Source: Candidatus Parcubacteria bacterium
GTDB lineage: Bacteria; Patescibacteriota; Patescibacteriia; Patescibacteriales; UBA12075
DNA: 64,000 nucleotides
Reading direction: 5' to 3'
NCBI GenBank assembly: GCA_002869165.1
Contig: PKTK01000001.1
Location: forward strand, 510,005-574,004
The notes beneath the pieces are model-generated. The model worked only from the letters and a program-made list of their open reading frames with translations. It was not told the DNA's origin and ran no database searches. A program made the position numbers and the translations under genes. How positions within the stretch are numbered: position 1 is the stretch's first letter; every line of letters begins with the position of its first letter. Below, piece by piece: positions 27,659 through 36,193 of the stretch.

Positions 27659-28894
27659 CTATGTATTGTATATCGGATTCATTTTCCTGATTTTTTCAAT
27701 TATTGGTGGTAATTTCTCCAGTAAATATTCAATTTCTTCTTCTGTATTGTGCTTACCTAAGCTGAATCTGATTGAATTATGTGCAATCTCTTTCTTAATA
27801 CCCATAGCTATTAAAACGTGACTAGCCTTAAGTGAACCAGATGCGCAAGCTGAGCCGGTTGAGACGGCAATTCCTTCAATATCAAGTGACATTAGAACCG
27901 CCTCTCCTTCGCATCCTTTGAAAGAAAAATGTGCATGAGCCGGAGTAGCGTTTTCTCTGTCAGTATTCAAGACAACATCAGGGATCTTTTCTAATACTCC
28001 ATCCACTAATTTGTCACGTAATTTTGCAATTTTTTTATTATCTTTTTCCAATGTTTTTTCATCCAATTGTTCAACTGCTGCACCCAGCCCGACTATTCCT
28101 GTTACGTTTATAGTACCGCTTCGTTTATTCCATTCTTGATGACCTCCTCTTTGTAAAGACTCCATTGGTACATCCTTTTGACAGTACAAAGCCCCTACTC
28201 CTTTAGGGCCATAAATTTTATGCCCCGACATAGATAACATATCAACATAGTTCCATTTCACGTCTTGCTTGAAAAAATTAACTCCCTGAGTAGCATCCAC
28301 ATGAAAATAAGCTTTTTGTGGCCTTTCTCCTCTTTCTTTAACGGATAATTTTTTCCATTCTCGCTCACGTGATTCATTGTGTTTTTTTATGGTTTTACCG
28401 ATTTCTCTAATAGGCATTACCGCCCCGACCTCAGAATTTACATGCATTATACTAACCAAAACTGTATTATCTTTTAGCTTTTTCTTAAAATCTTCTACAT
28501 CCACCACTCCATTAGGTAAAACTTTTACATGGTCTACCTCTACACCCTCAGCTTCCAGTTCCATAAAAGGCTCTAGTACAGCATCATGTTCTACAATTGA
28601 CGTTATTACATGTGGATTTTTTATACCTTGTTTTTTTATAGCCTTAATAAATCCTTTGATAGCTAAATTGTCAGACTCAGTTGCCCCTGAAGTAAAAATA
28701 ACCTCCGTTTCAGAGCAATTCAAAAACTTTGCCATTTGAGTTCTGGCTATATCAAGCCCCTTTGCAGCATCCAGTCCAAAACTGTGAATTGAGGTAGCAT
28801 TACCATAAGTATCAGAAAAATAAGGCATCATTGCCTCTAAAACTTTTTTGTCCACTGGGGTGGTGGCACTATGATCGAAATATACTTTTCTCAT
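27659..28894 (-). CDS. cysteine desulfurase (NifS/IscS family)
   Basis: 411 aa; PLP-lysine region SMSGHKIYGPKGVGALY and active-site loop STGSACASG. Confidence 0.9.
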   Translation of the reverse strand: MRKVYFDHSATTPVDKKVLEAMMPYFSDTYGNATSIHSFGLDAAKGLDIARTQMAKFLNCSETEVIFTSGATESDNLAIKGFIKAIKKQGIKNPHVITSIVEHDAVLEPFMELEAEGVEVDHVKVLPNGVVDVEDFKKKLKDNTVLVSIMHVNSEVGAVMPIREIGKTIKKHNESREREWKKLSVKERGERPQKAYFHVDATQGVNFFKQDVKWNYVDMLSMSGHKIYGPKGVGALYCQKDVPMESLQRGGHQEWNKRSGTINVTGIVGLGAAVEQLDEKTLEKDNKKIAKLRDKLVDGVLEKIPDVVLNTDRENATPAHAHFSFKGCEGEAVLMSLDIEGIAVSTGSACASGSLKASHVLIAMGIKKEIAHNSIRFSLGKHNTEEEIEYLLEKLPPIIEKIRKMNPIYNT

Positions 28895-28908
28895 ATTTTA
28901 GCTGTCAA

Positions 28909-28986
28909 CGAAAATACGAATCTGTACGAATTTACGAATCTAACTTCAACGAATATTATAAAATTATTCGTAGATTCGTATTTTCG
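28909..28986. repeat. nested inverted repeat built from TACGAAT words
   Basis: cgaaaatacgaatct (28909-28923) pairs perfectly with agattcgtattttcg (28972-28986). An inner pair is acgaata/tattcgt. Confidence 0.75.
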
Positions 28987-29038
28987 CAGACTGGGTATTT
29001 TCTATAATCAATATTTCTTATACAATTATTTTCAAGAA

Positions 29039-29278
29039 CTAAATCCCTACTACTTCCTTCACCTCGGGAACCTCTTTTTTTAATTCTGCTTCTATTCCTT
29101 GTTTCAAGGTCATTTGTGCCATAGGACATCCTACACACATCCCTTTTAATTGGACTTGCACAACGCCAGTTTTTTCATCGACTGACACAAAATCAACATC
29201 CCCACCATCAGCTTGTAGGCTAGGACGTACTTTTTCTAAAGCATTCTTTATTTTTTTTTCTAAATCTTTTTCGTTCAT
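29039..29278 (-). CDS. NifU C-terminal (Nfu-like) Fe-S cluster protein
   Basis: 79 aa; VRPSLQADGGDVDFVSV...GMCVGCPMAQMTLKQGIE (CxxC). Confidence 0.8.
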   Translation of the reverse strand: MNEKDLEKKIKNALEKVRPSLQADGGDVDFVSVDEKTGVVQVQLKGMCVGCPMAQMTLKQGIEAELKKEVPEVKEVVGI

Positions 29279-29348
29279 ATATTGTTAGTTAAAAGTTAAA
29301 AAGTTAAAAGTTTATAAAGTTACTTTCTACTTTACAAACTTTCTAACT

Positions 29349-29720
29349 TTATAAACTCTTTTTATTTTGATAATCTTTAATAGCTGAATGCAAAGCATCC
29401 ACTCCAAGCATTGAGCAGTGAATCTTTGGTGCTGGTAATCCCCCCAAGTCATTAACAATGTCATCTTTATTCATTGCAAGCGCCTCTTCTAGAGTCTTGC
29501 CCTTAGCAAGCTCAGTTGCGGCCGAGGAAACAGCAATTGCAGCAGCACAACCCAAAGTCTCGAATTTTATATCTTCAATTCGATTATCTTTAATGCGCAA
29601 ATAAATTTTCATCACATCTCCGCAAGTTGGATTTCCTTCTTGTCCCACAGCATCAGGATTGTCCATACTTCCCTGATTGCGCGGATTACGAAAATGTTCC
29701 ATTACTTTTTCACTGTACAT
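29349..29720 (-). CDS. iscU: Fe-S cluster assembly scaffold IscU/NifU-N
   Basis: Start at MYSEKVMEHFRNPRN. Motifs GNPTCGDVMKIYL, LGCAAAIA, PAPKIHCS. The first 6 codons in the ORF track come from a heptamer array. Confidence 0.85.
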   Translation of the reverse strand: MYSEKVMEHFRNPRNQGSMDNPDAVGQEGNPTCGDVMKIYLRIKDNRIEDIKFETLGCAAAIAVSSAATELAKGKTLEEALAMNKDDIVNDLGGLPAPKIHCSMLGVDALHSAIKDYQNKKSL

Positions 29721-29728
29721 ATTTAAAT

Positions 29729-29800
29729 CACATAACACATATCACACATCACATAGCAATCAACCAATAATGTTATGTGCTATGTCTTATGTGATATGTG
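29729..29800. repeat. two inverted heptamer arrays (CACATAA-like x4 / TGNTATG x4) forming a hairpin
   Basis: cacataa cacatat cacacat cacatag ... tgttatg tgctatg tcttatg tgatatg. Confidence 0.75.
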
Positions 29801-29805
29801 AAAAA

Positions 29806-30558
29806 TTAATAAATAAACACCTCTGTCCCTACCTCTGTCCAATTATATACTTCCTCTGCCTCTCCAACCCCCAAACGAATACAACCGTGCGATACTGGTG
29901 TTCCTAGGTGATTTTCACCTTCTTTGTAACCGCCTGGCCATTCTGGAAGTTCATGAATGCCGAATTTACCATAGTTCATACCAAGCCAATAAGGCATCCA
30001 AAGACCATAAGCAGATGACCATGGCCGAGGAAGTTTATTATAAATCGTAAAATGACCTTTAGGAGTAGGCATACTAGGCTTACCAGTTGAAACTGTATAA
30101 GTCTTCATGCGAACTCCACCGAGAAATATACTTAATTCCTGGGCGCCAGTATTTACTTCTATTCTTTTCTCTAAACTACTTGTGCCTTTTTTCAAAGGAT
30201 CAAAAAAATTAGCTATCTCAATACCATCCCTTAGCCCATCTCCATCTGTATCAATATTTGATAAATCTGTATGAAAATTGAGTTCCATTCTATCACTTAG
30301 ACCATCACCATCAAAATCACTTTCTTCTAACTTCAAAGGTCGAGAGTCAAGAGGCGTATATCCATTGTTGAGCTCCGTCCAGTCAGAATAATTATCATCA
30401 TCAGTGTCTGCTTTTTCGGTATCGGTTTTATATATTTCAATCTCATCCTTGTCAGGTACACCATCAATATCAGCATCACGAAAAACTGAAGCGCTGCTAA
30501 CTAGCACTCCTAGTGAAAAAATTAATACTGCAAATAAAAATATTTTGGGGATTTTCAT
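29806..30558 (-). CDS. L,D-transpeptidase (YkuD domain) with N-terminal DxDxDG calcium-binding repeats
   Basis: Signal peptide, repeats DADIDGVPDKDE/DTDDDNYSDW/DFDGDGLSD/DTDGDGLRD, and catalytic HLGTPVSHGCIRL. Confidence 0.8.
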   Translation of the reverse strand: MKIPKIFLFAVLIFSLGVLVSSASVFRDADIDGVPDKDEIEIYKTDTEKADTDDDNYSDWTELNNGYTPLDSRPLKLEESDFDGDGLSDRMELNFHTDLSNIDTDGDGLRDGIEIANFFDPLKKGTSSLEKRIEVNTGAQELSIFLGGVRMKTYTVSTGKPSMPTPKGHFTIYNKLPRPWSSAYGLWMPYWLGMNYGKFGIHELPEWPGGYKEGENHLGTPVSHGCIRLGVGEAEEVYNWTEVGTEVFIY

Positions 30559-30568
30559 ATTTGAAGAT

Positions 30569-30979
30569 TTATTTTATCAAATCAGATAGATTGATTTTGG
30601 ATAGAGTTGAAACAACCGCATCCTGAACCTTGATCAAAACCTTTGGCACTTCACAATACTTACCAGCCCTACACTTAACTTCACCATGTTTATGAATGCA
30701 CTTAAAGGGGCTAACCTGTCCTTCAAGTGCTTCCACAATTTCCAAAGCAGTTATATTTCTCGCGCATCTACTGAGTGTGTAGCCTCCAGAAGCACCAACT
30801 TCTGCTTTTACCAAACCTGCCTTTTTTAAACTAGAAAATATTCGTTCTAAATAAGACAAAGAAATATTCTGCTCCTTGGCGATGGTAGCCAGTGACAAAC
30901 TTCCTTTTCTATAAGTTCTAGCTAAACTAGTCATTGCCCGAATTCCATAGGTTGTCTTGGTTGAAAATTTCATATTCAA
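30569..30979 (-). CDS. Rrf2-family (IscR-like) transcriptional regulator
   Basis: MKFSTKTTYGIRAMTSLA...LSYLERIFSSLKKAGLV wHTH, plus three Cys (CIHKHGEVKCRAGKYC). It heads the Fe-S operon. Confidence 0.8.
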   Translation of the reverse strand: MNMKFSTKTTYGIRAMTSLARTYRKGSLSLATIAKEQNISLSYLERIFSSLKKAGLVKAEVGASGGYTLSRCARNITALEIVEALEGQVSPFKCIHKHGEVKCRAGKYCEVPKVLIKVQDAVVSTLSKINLSDLIK

Positions 30980-30985
30980 ATAATT

Positions 30986-31002
30986 CCTACTAAACTAGTA
31001 GG
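30986..31002. promoter_or_regulatory. candidate Rrf2 operator (inverted repeat CCTACTA-n3-TAGTAGG)
   Basis: Lies between the minus-strand promoter candidate and the regulator ATG. Confidence 0.3.
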
Positions 31003-31009
31003 TATTATT

Positions 31010-31037
31010 AATATAACATATGTGCACTATATGTCAA
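31010..31037 (-). promoter_or_regulatory. promoter candidate (TTGACA-16-TATATT) for the Rrf2/isc operon
   Basis: On the minus strand, TTGACA is at 31037-31032 and TATATT at 31015-31010. Confidence 0.5.
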
Positions 31038-31041
31038 ATCA

Positions 31042-31070
31042 TTGACAAAAATAAAAATATATACTATAAA
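31042..31070 (+). promoter_or_regulatory. promoter candidate (TTGACA-17-TATAAA) for 31129-32367
   Basis: Back to back with the minus-strand -35 element. Confidence 0.5.
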
Positions 31071-31128
31071 TAAATATTAAAACTAGTATATTTACAACTA
31101 AATAAACACAAAAAAACAGGAGGAAAAC

Positions 31129-32367
31129 ATGGACGACAGAGTAAAACAGGCTTTTTGGGGCGGTTTTTTAACGTCAATAATTGGTTTACCACCGGCACTT
31201 TTGACTGAAAACCTTTATTTGCTTTTGGTCTTTGGTTTTATCGGCTTTTCGCTTGGCTATTGCTACCATATAATTGCCGAGAAGACTAGTTACGCCATAG
31301 ATATAATAAGCAAACAGGGAGTGGGTCAAGCCGTAAAAAACGACAGTCTTGTCAAAGTATGGCTGCGGCATCTTGGTAAAAGAATCAAAAAACTATACCA
31401 CCTCATCGACCGAACTATCGTTATCATCGCCTACCCGTTTTTGAATCTTCCAAAAGCGCTCAGAATAAGCTACCAATGGCTTATTTTAGCTGCAGTATGC
31501 ACTATCGAGCATGCAAAAGATGCACCCGGGAGATTTTCAGAGTGGATTGACTTTGAAATAAACAAAATCTTCATGGACAATCTCATTTCTGTAATAACTT
31601 CCACTTGTATTGTTTTTCTGACTTCGCTTGCCCTGATAACAAGTAGTCTTGCGGGAAACCCAAAAGACCCAACAGATCCAACAGGAACAATCCTTATTTC
31701 TTTTCTACTGGCAGGCCTATCTCTAATAGCAAATATCGATAAAATAACGTTCCTTTGGTTTATCAAGAAAGAATCGTCATATTTTGCCAAATACAAAAGA
31801 AATAAACGTTTTTATTTCTTGTACACTCTACTTGAATGCACTTGGCTTGGTTCTTGGGCGGCCTTGCTTGGCTATATAGGGTTTTTTTATTTTTTCATTA
31901 CAATGGCAGTTATCATGGCTTCCATATTCATTTACTTTCCATTGCTCTTCTTAATCAAAATGAGTTGGACTGCTATTATCTGGAACAACAAAACAGGCCT
32001 ACCAAGTTTTATCGTAGCGATCACAACAGCCTGGTTATTTTATGACCTTATCATAAGTCATGAACTAAGCATTCTGATACAAGGGGTTCTAATTATTGTT
32101 TCTGGTGTCACGGGGGGTCTTTTAACAGCTACCTTTTGCCACCTCACAGAAAAAATATTTGTAACAAAACCTGATTGGTGTGATCAACCCTATTTTGATT
32201 CAGAGTGTTGTGATAATGGTATCTTAGAAAAGGGCATAAAAGATATTGGCACTTCTGTCATAAGGGTGTCATCCCTTATCTGGAATACAGTCCTATTTGT
32301 TACACCGACCAAAAATCGGAAAAACTGGCAAATAAAAAATGCAAATAAACTAGTATTTAATCTGTAA
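31129..32367 (+). CDS. large polytopic membrane protein, unknown function
   Basis: 412 aa, many TM helices, SD caggaggaaaacATG, own terminator. GC is somewhat above the local background. Confidence 0.55.
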   Translation: MDDRVKQAFWGGFLTSIIGLPPALLTENLYLLLVFGFIGFSLGYCYHIIAEKTSYAIDIISKQGVGQAVKNDSLVKVWLRHLGKRIKKLYHLIDRTIVIIAYPFLNLPKALRISYQWLILAAVCTIEHAKDAPGRFSEWIDFEINKIFMDNLISVITSTCIVFLTSLALITSSLAGNPKDPTDPTGTILISFLLAGLSLIANIDKITFLWFIKKESSYFAKYKRNKRFYFLYTLLECTWLGSWAALLGYIGFFYFFITMAVIMASIFIYFPLLFLIKMSWTAIIWNNKTGLPSFIVAITTAWLFYDLIISHELSILIQGVLIIVSGVTGGLLTATFCHLTEKIFVTKPDWCDQPYFDSECCDNGILEKGIKDIGTSVIRVSSLIWNTVLFVTPTKNRKNWQIKNANKLVFNL

Positions 32368-32373
32368 TCATCA

Positions 32374-32410
32374 TAGGCCAAGTGTTAAAAAATACACTTG
32401 GCCTTTTTAT
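32374..32410 (+). terminator. rho-independent terminator
   Basis: aggccaagtgt-taaaaaat-acacttggcct followed by ttttt. Confidence 0.75.
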
Positions 32411-32430
32411 TTTCTAAACATGGTATAATA

Positions 32431-32459
32431 TTGACATATCTAACAAAATAAGCTAATAT
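32431..32459 (+). promoter_or_regulatory. consensus-like promoter (TTGACA-17-TAATAT) upstream of secE
   Basis: Hexamers at 32431-32436 and 32454-32459. A TGgTATAAT extended -10 also occurs at 32421-32429. Confidence 0.6.
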
Positions 32460-32625
32460 TAAGTTATTAATAAATGGACCCAAGCGGGGCCGTTTTTAAT
32501 TACTTAAAAATTACTAATATTAGACATTTTTAAGTAATTTACGTTTCTAATCAATAAATTAACAATATTTTAAAATACTGCTATCTTCTACAAGTTAAAA
32601 AGGTAGCAACTAAAAGCTAAATTAT

Positions 32626-32817
32626 ATGGCTAATAAGCTAACAAATTACATCAAAGGCTCAATCGAGGAAATGAAAAAAGTTACCTGGCCTACCAAAAAG
32701 GAAACTCAAAGCTACACAATATTAGTTATTGGAATTTCTGTGGCAGTAGCACTATTTCTTGGTGCGGTTGATTTTGTTTTTAATCAAGGTTTTGAGTTAC
32801 TTGTATCAACTATTTAA
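32626..32817 (+). CDS. secE: preprotein translocase subunit SecE
   Basis: 63 aa; EEMKKVTWPTKKET followed by one TM helix, in the position before nusG. Confidence 0.85.
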   Translation: MANKLTNYIKGSIEEMKKVTWPTKKETQSYTILVIGISVAVALFLGAVDFVFNQGFELLVSTI

Positions 32818-32836
32818 TAATAAACATCATATAGTT

Positions 32837-32969
32837 TGTCATCTCGAGCGAAATCGACAAGGTGAATTACCGGAGGCAAGAGAGAGTGCTCTGAGACAGA
32901 GATCCCTTCGTTGTAAATATTTCCCGTTTAAGAGATTTCTCCCTGCACTCCGTTTTAGTCGAAATGACA
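32837..32969. repeat. MITE-like TGTCAT...ATGACA element (133 bp)
   Basis: tgtcatctcgagcgaaatcgacaaggtg ... gttttagtcgaaatgaca, between secE and nusG. Confidence 0.7.
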
Positions 32970-32991
32970 AAAAAATTAAATTAATAAAAAT

Positions 32992-33537
32992 ATGGCCAAA
33001 CAAACATTAAATCAAGGTAGAAGATGGTATGTGCTTCACACCTATTCTGGTTACGAAGAAAATGTTGAAAAAAATCTAAAACAAAGAATTGAGTCTATGG
33101 ATATGGAAGACAAAATTTTTAATATTTTAATTCCGACTGAGAATAAAATCAAAATCAAAAACGGAAAAAGAAAAGTAGTAGAAGAAAAGATCTTCCCAGG
33201 TTATGTAATGGTAGAAATGATCGTAAACGATGATTCTTGGTACGTGGTGCGTAACACCCCAAATGTAACTGGTTTTATTGGAACCGGAACTATTCCAACT
33301 CCAATTTCTGAAAAAGAGGTAAAAGGACTTCAAAAAAGAATGGGAGTTGAGGAGCCTAAATTTAAAATCGATATTTCAATTGATACTCCAGTTCGAATCA
33401 CTGATGGACCCTTCAAGAATCTAGAAGGAAAGGTTACTTCAATCGATGAAGCAAAAGGAAAATGTAAAGTACTAGTGTCTATGTTTGGCCGTGAGACACC
33501 AGTTGAATTGGACTTTTTGCAGATTAAGAAAATATAG
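32992..33537 (+). CDS. nusG: transcription termination/antitermination factor NusG
   Basis: 181 aa; RRWYVLHTYSGYEENV (NGN domain) and a KOW domain (VRITDGPFKNLEGKVTSID). Confidence 0.9.
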   Translation: MAKQTLNQGRRWYVLHTYSGYEENVEKNLKQRIESMDMEDKIFNILIPTENKIKIKNGKRKVVEEKIFPGYVMVEMIVNDDSWYVVRNTPNVTGFIGTGTIPTPISEKEVKGLQKRMGVEEPKFKIDISIDTPVRITDGPFKNLEGKVTSIDEAKGKCKVLVSMFGRETPVELDFLQIKKI

Positions 33538-33606
33538 TAAATTGCTATATTATTCAATTGTTAAATTGTTAAAAAACATATAAATTTTAACAAGCACTCA
33601 ACATCT

Positions 33607-33686
33607 TGTCATTTCGACTGAAAGGAGAAATCCCTTATACGTAAATATTTACGGCGAAGAGATCTCTCACTTCGTTCGAGATGACA
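33607..33686. repeat. MITE-like TGTCAT...ATGACA element (80 bp)
   Basis: tgtcatttcgactgaaaggagaaatccc...gagatctctcacttcgttcgagatgaca. Confidence 0.75.
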
Positions 33687-33732
33687 AGTAATTCAAATAC
33701 CACTGTTCTTAAAAATAAATGAGGTAATAATT

Positions 33733-33906
33733 ATGAGTAATAATCTATTAACAGCAACTGTTATCTCGAGAAAAAGACTAAAAAGAAAACTTTCTCAAAA
33801 CACCAAATTTTCAATTGCAATAAAGTCTTTGTTTAAAAGACATGATTATGCAATCGAAGCTGGCAAAATATTTACCAAGCTTGATAAAACAAAATTTGGA
33901 AAATAA
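33733..33906 (+). CDS. possible small basic protein (57 aa)
   Basis: SD gaggtaataattATG; MSNNLLTATVISRKRLKRKLSQ...; below the ORF-track cutoff. Confidence 0.3.
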   Translation: MSNNLLTATVISRKRLKRKLSQNTKFSIAIKSLFKRHDYAIEAGKIFTKLDKTKFGK

Positions 33907-33950
33907 CTTCAATGTTCTAAAAATCAATCAAACAGATAAGCGGGAGAGAA

Positions 33951-34106
33951 ATGAAAAATAAGGAGAGGGAGAGATTTGTTAAGGAAAGGAACAAACTGCG
34001 CGATGATTTGATTAAAATGATAAGAATAATGCAAAACATCGACGCAAAAACAAAAAAAGGGATTAAAAATGGTCAACAAATCTCTAGCAAGAAAATTCAA
34101 ACTTAA
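33951..34106 (+). CDS. possible small basic protein (51 aa)
   Basis: SD-like gggagagaaATG; MKNKERERFVKERNKLRDDLIKMIRIM... Confidence 0.25.
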   Translation: MKNKERERFVKERNKLRDDLIKMIRIMQNIDAKTKKGIKNGQQISSKKIQT

Positions 34107-34245
34107 AGGTAATAGGAATAAAACTAGCGAGGGTGCTAAAGATTTTATTTCACTGCTAACTAGACTCAATAAAATTATTACCAATTCTGGTAAGAATAGT
34201 GTAGATGATTTAAGTCAAAGTAATTTTCGAATAAAAAGGAGCTAA
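34069..34245 (+). CDS. possible small basic protein (58 aa), overlapping the previous ORF out of frame
   Basis: MVNKSLARKFKLKGNRNKTSEG...; ends inside the hairpin ggagctaaacaa/ttgtttagctcc (34238-34262). Confidence 0.25.
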   Translation: MVNKSLARKFKLKGNRNKTSEGAKDFISLLTRLNKIITNSGKNSVDDLSQSNFRIKRS

Positions 34246-34356
34246 ACAATTTGTTTAGCTCCATTATTAACACAACATAAGTTAATGGCATAAAGTTTAT
34301 AAAGGTTATTACATAATAACGCTTCTCTTTACAAACTTTTCACTTTTAACTTAAAA

Positions 34357-34398
34357 ACCTAAAAGCTAATAGCTAAAAGCTAGAAGCTAGAAGCTAAA
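34357..34398. repeat. heptamer micro-array (AGCTARA x6) ending 6 nt before the rplK ATG
   Basis: acctaaa agctaat agctaaa agctaga agctaga agctaaa. Confidence 0.85.
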
Positions 34399-34404
34399 AA
34401 ATAT

Positions 34405-34830
34405 ATGGCTAAAAAAGTAATGACAATCGTCAAGTTGCAAATCCCAGCTGGCCAAGCTAATCCAGCTCCTCCAGTAGGACCTGCACTTGGACAACACGGG
34501 CTACAAATTCAAGATTTTTGTACTAAATTCAATGACGCGACCAGAGATAGAATGGGAGATATTGTTCCTGTTGAAATAACAGTTTATGAAGACAGAACTT
34601 TCGACTTTATCACAAAAACCCCACCAGCTTCAGCATTGCTAAAAAAACATTTGAAGCTAAAAAAGGGTTCACAAAAACCTTTAACTGATAAAGTAGCAAG
34701 TATCACCCAAAAAGAGCTAGAAGAAATAGCTGCAATCAAATTACCTGACCTAAATACAAACGATGTTAAACAGGCAGCGAAAATTATTGCAGGAACTGCT
34801 AGACAAATGGGTGTTGAAATTAAAGACTAA
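34405..34830 (+). CDS. rplK: 50S ribosomal protein L11
   Basis: 141 aa; [24 protein letters not shown]... is the canonical L11 signature. Confidence 0.95.
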   Translation: MAKKVMTIVKLQIPAGQANPAPPVGPALGQHGLQIQDFCTKFNDATRDRMGDIVPVEITVYEDRTFDFITKTPPASALLKKHLKLKKGSQKPLTDKVASITQKELEEIAAIKLPDLNTNDVKQAAKIIAGTARQMGVEIKD

Positions 34831-34868
34831 AACCTTTAAATTGTTTATTTTACAACTCCGGAGGGAAT

Positions 34869-35099
34869 ATGAGTTTTAGGATTACAAATAAGAAAAAACT
34901 AGATCTAGAAATAGATCTGTATCAAAAAATCTTAACTCTTCTACTATTCATAGCTTGGGCAGTAATGGAAACTTATAATTTGCTAACCTGCAAAAATGCA
35001 CTTATTTCCTTTCTTATCTATATTTTGCTGTGTGTATGCCAAGGCATTTATATAGAATATCAAAAAAGAAAAGGAAATCTTATTGTAAAAAACGACTAA
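34869..35099 (+). CDS. small membrane protein (76 aa) inserted between rplK and rplA
   Basis: SD ggagggaatATG, two hydrophobic helices, and a hairpin aaggcaag/cttgcctt at 35107-35126. Confidence 0.4.
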   Translation: MSFRITNKKKLDLEIDLYQKILTLLLFIAWAVMETYNLLTCKNALISFLIYILLCVCQGIYIEYQKRKGNLIVKND

Positions 35100-35159
35100 A
35101 AACACTAAGGCAAGAATACTTGCCTTTTAAATCAATTACCAAATTGAAATATAAAATCT

Positions 35160-35195
35160 AGTAACGTACCATGGTACGTTACTTGGTACGTTACT
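35160..35195. repeat. 24-bp perfect palindrome plus an extra direct half-site
   Basis: agtaacgtacca|tggtacgttact followed by a second tggtacgttact. Confidence 0.85.
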
Positions 35196-35225
35196 AAAAA
35201 TTAACTGGTGGGAGGACTCCTCTTT

Positions 35226-35323
35226 TGCCATTCCTGGCGACCGAAGGGAGGGAAAGGAATCTCGTGAAGATTAATCTTGATAAGATTCCTTTCCCTTACA
35301 CTTCGTTCCGACTGGAAATGACA
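35226..35323. repeat. MITE-like element (TGCCATTCC...GGAAATGACA, 98 bp)
   Basis: Internal inverted repeat gggaaaggaatc/gattcctttccc; sits 34 nt upstream of the rplA ATG. Confidence 0.65.
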
Positions 35324-35356
35324 AAAAGATGATCCGCTTTACCACTAAAAAAACAC

Positions 35357-36040
35357 ATGACAGAAGAAAAAAAGACAAAAAACAAGGTATAATTTGACAG
35401 ATTCAAATCATATTCTATCGAAGAAGCTATTATACTAGCAAAAGAATTAGACAAAGCAAAATTTGATGCTTCTGTTGAACTTCATTTCAAACTAGGAATC
35501 GATCCTAGAAAAGGAGACCAACAAATCAGAACTGCCCTATCACTTCCTCACGGAACTGGTAAATCAGTTAAAGTTGCTGCTTTTGTGTCTGATGAAAAAA
35601 TCAAAGAATGTAAAGACGCTGGTGCAGATTTCGTAGGAAATACTGACTTGATTGAAGAAATCAAAAAGACTGAAAAGACTGACTTCCAAGTAGCTGTAGC
35701 AGAACCTGCTATGATGCGTGAATTAGCTCAAATAGCTAAAATTCTTGGAACTCGTGGCCTAATGCCTAGCCCAAAGAACGAAACTGTGACTCCAAATCCA
35801 ACTCAAGCAATCGCTGAGCTCAAAAAAGGTAAAATCAGCTTCAAAAACGATGATGGTGGAAACATTCATGTATCTGTTGGAAAAGTAAGTTTTGATGAAG
35901 CAAAACTAAAAGAAAATATTGATGCCATGATTGACTGTATCAAAAAAGCCAAACCAGCCAAATCAAAAGGAATATATATCAGAAACATCTCTCTAAGTAC
36001 ATCCATGGGGCCAGGTATTAAGGTAATGATTCCGAAATAA
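35357..36040 (+). CDS. rplA: 50S ribosomal protein L1; ATG at 35357, in-frame TAA at 35390-35392 (codon 12); ORF-track piece 35585-36040 is only the C-terminal two thirds
   Basis: [80 protein letters not shown]... is continuous L1 sequence in the frame of 35585-36040. Confidence 0.85.
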
Positions 36041-36047
36041 TAGATAA

Positions 36048-36118
36048 CAGAAAACAGACGACAGAGTATTATATACAAAAAGAGGCGAAAGCCTCTTTTT
36101 TCTGTTGTCTGTTTTCTG
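36048..36118 (+). terminator. strong nested-hairpin terminator after rplA
   Basis: Outer stem cagaaaacagacgacag/ctgttgtctgttttctg; inner stem agaggc-gaaa-gcctct followed by ttttt. Confidence 0.8.
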
Positions 36119-36193
36119 ATACAATTTGCCCTATCCCCCACTATTTGCTAAAATAAAATAACCTAAATAAACACTAATATTATTAGAAAATAT

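Noticed and set aside
32759-33010. 83-aa plus-strand ORF spanning the secE end and the nusG start.
   Set aside because: It reads through the 133-bp TGTCAT element and overlaps two well-supported genes.
33924-34184. 86-aa minus-strand ORF in the nusG-rplK spacer.
   Set aside because: It is antisense to the SD-bearing plus-strand small ORFs and is a hydrophobic low-complexity reading of AT-rich DNA. It cannot be fully excluded.
35200-35356. Ribosomal protein L1 autoregulatory leader upstream of rplA (ggtgggaggactcc).
   Set aside because: I cannot match it confidently to the known L1-binding mimic from memory, and most of the region is a TGTCAT-type element.
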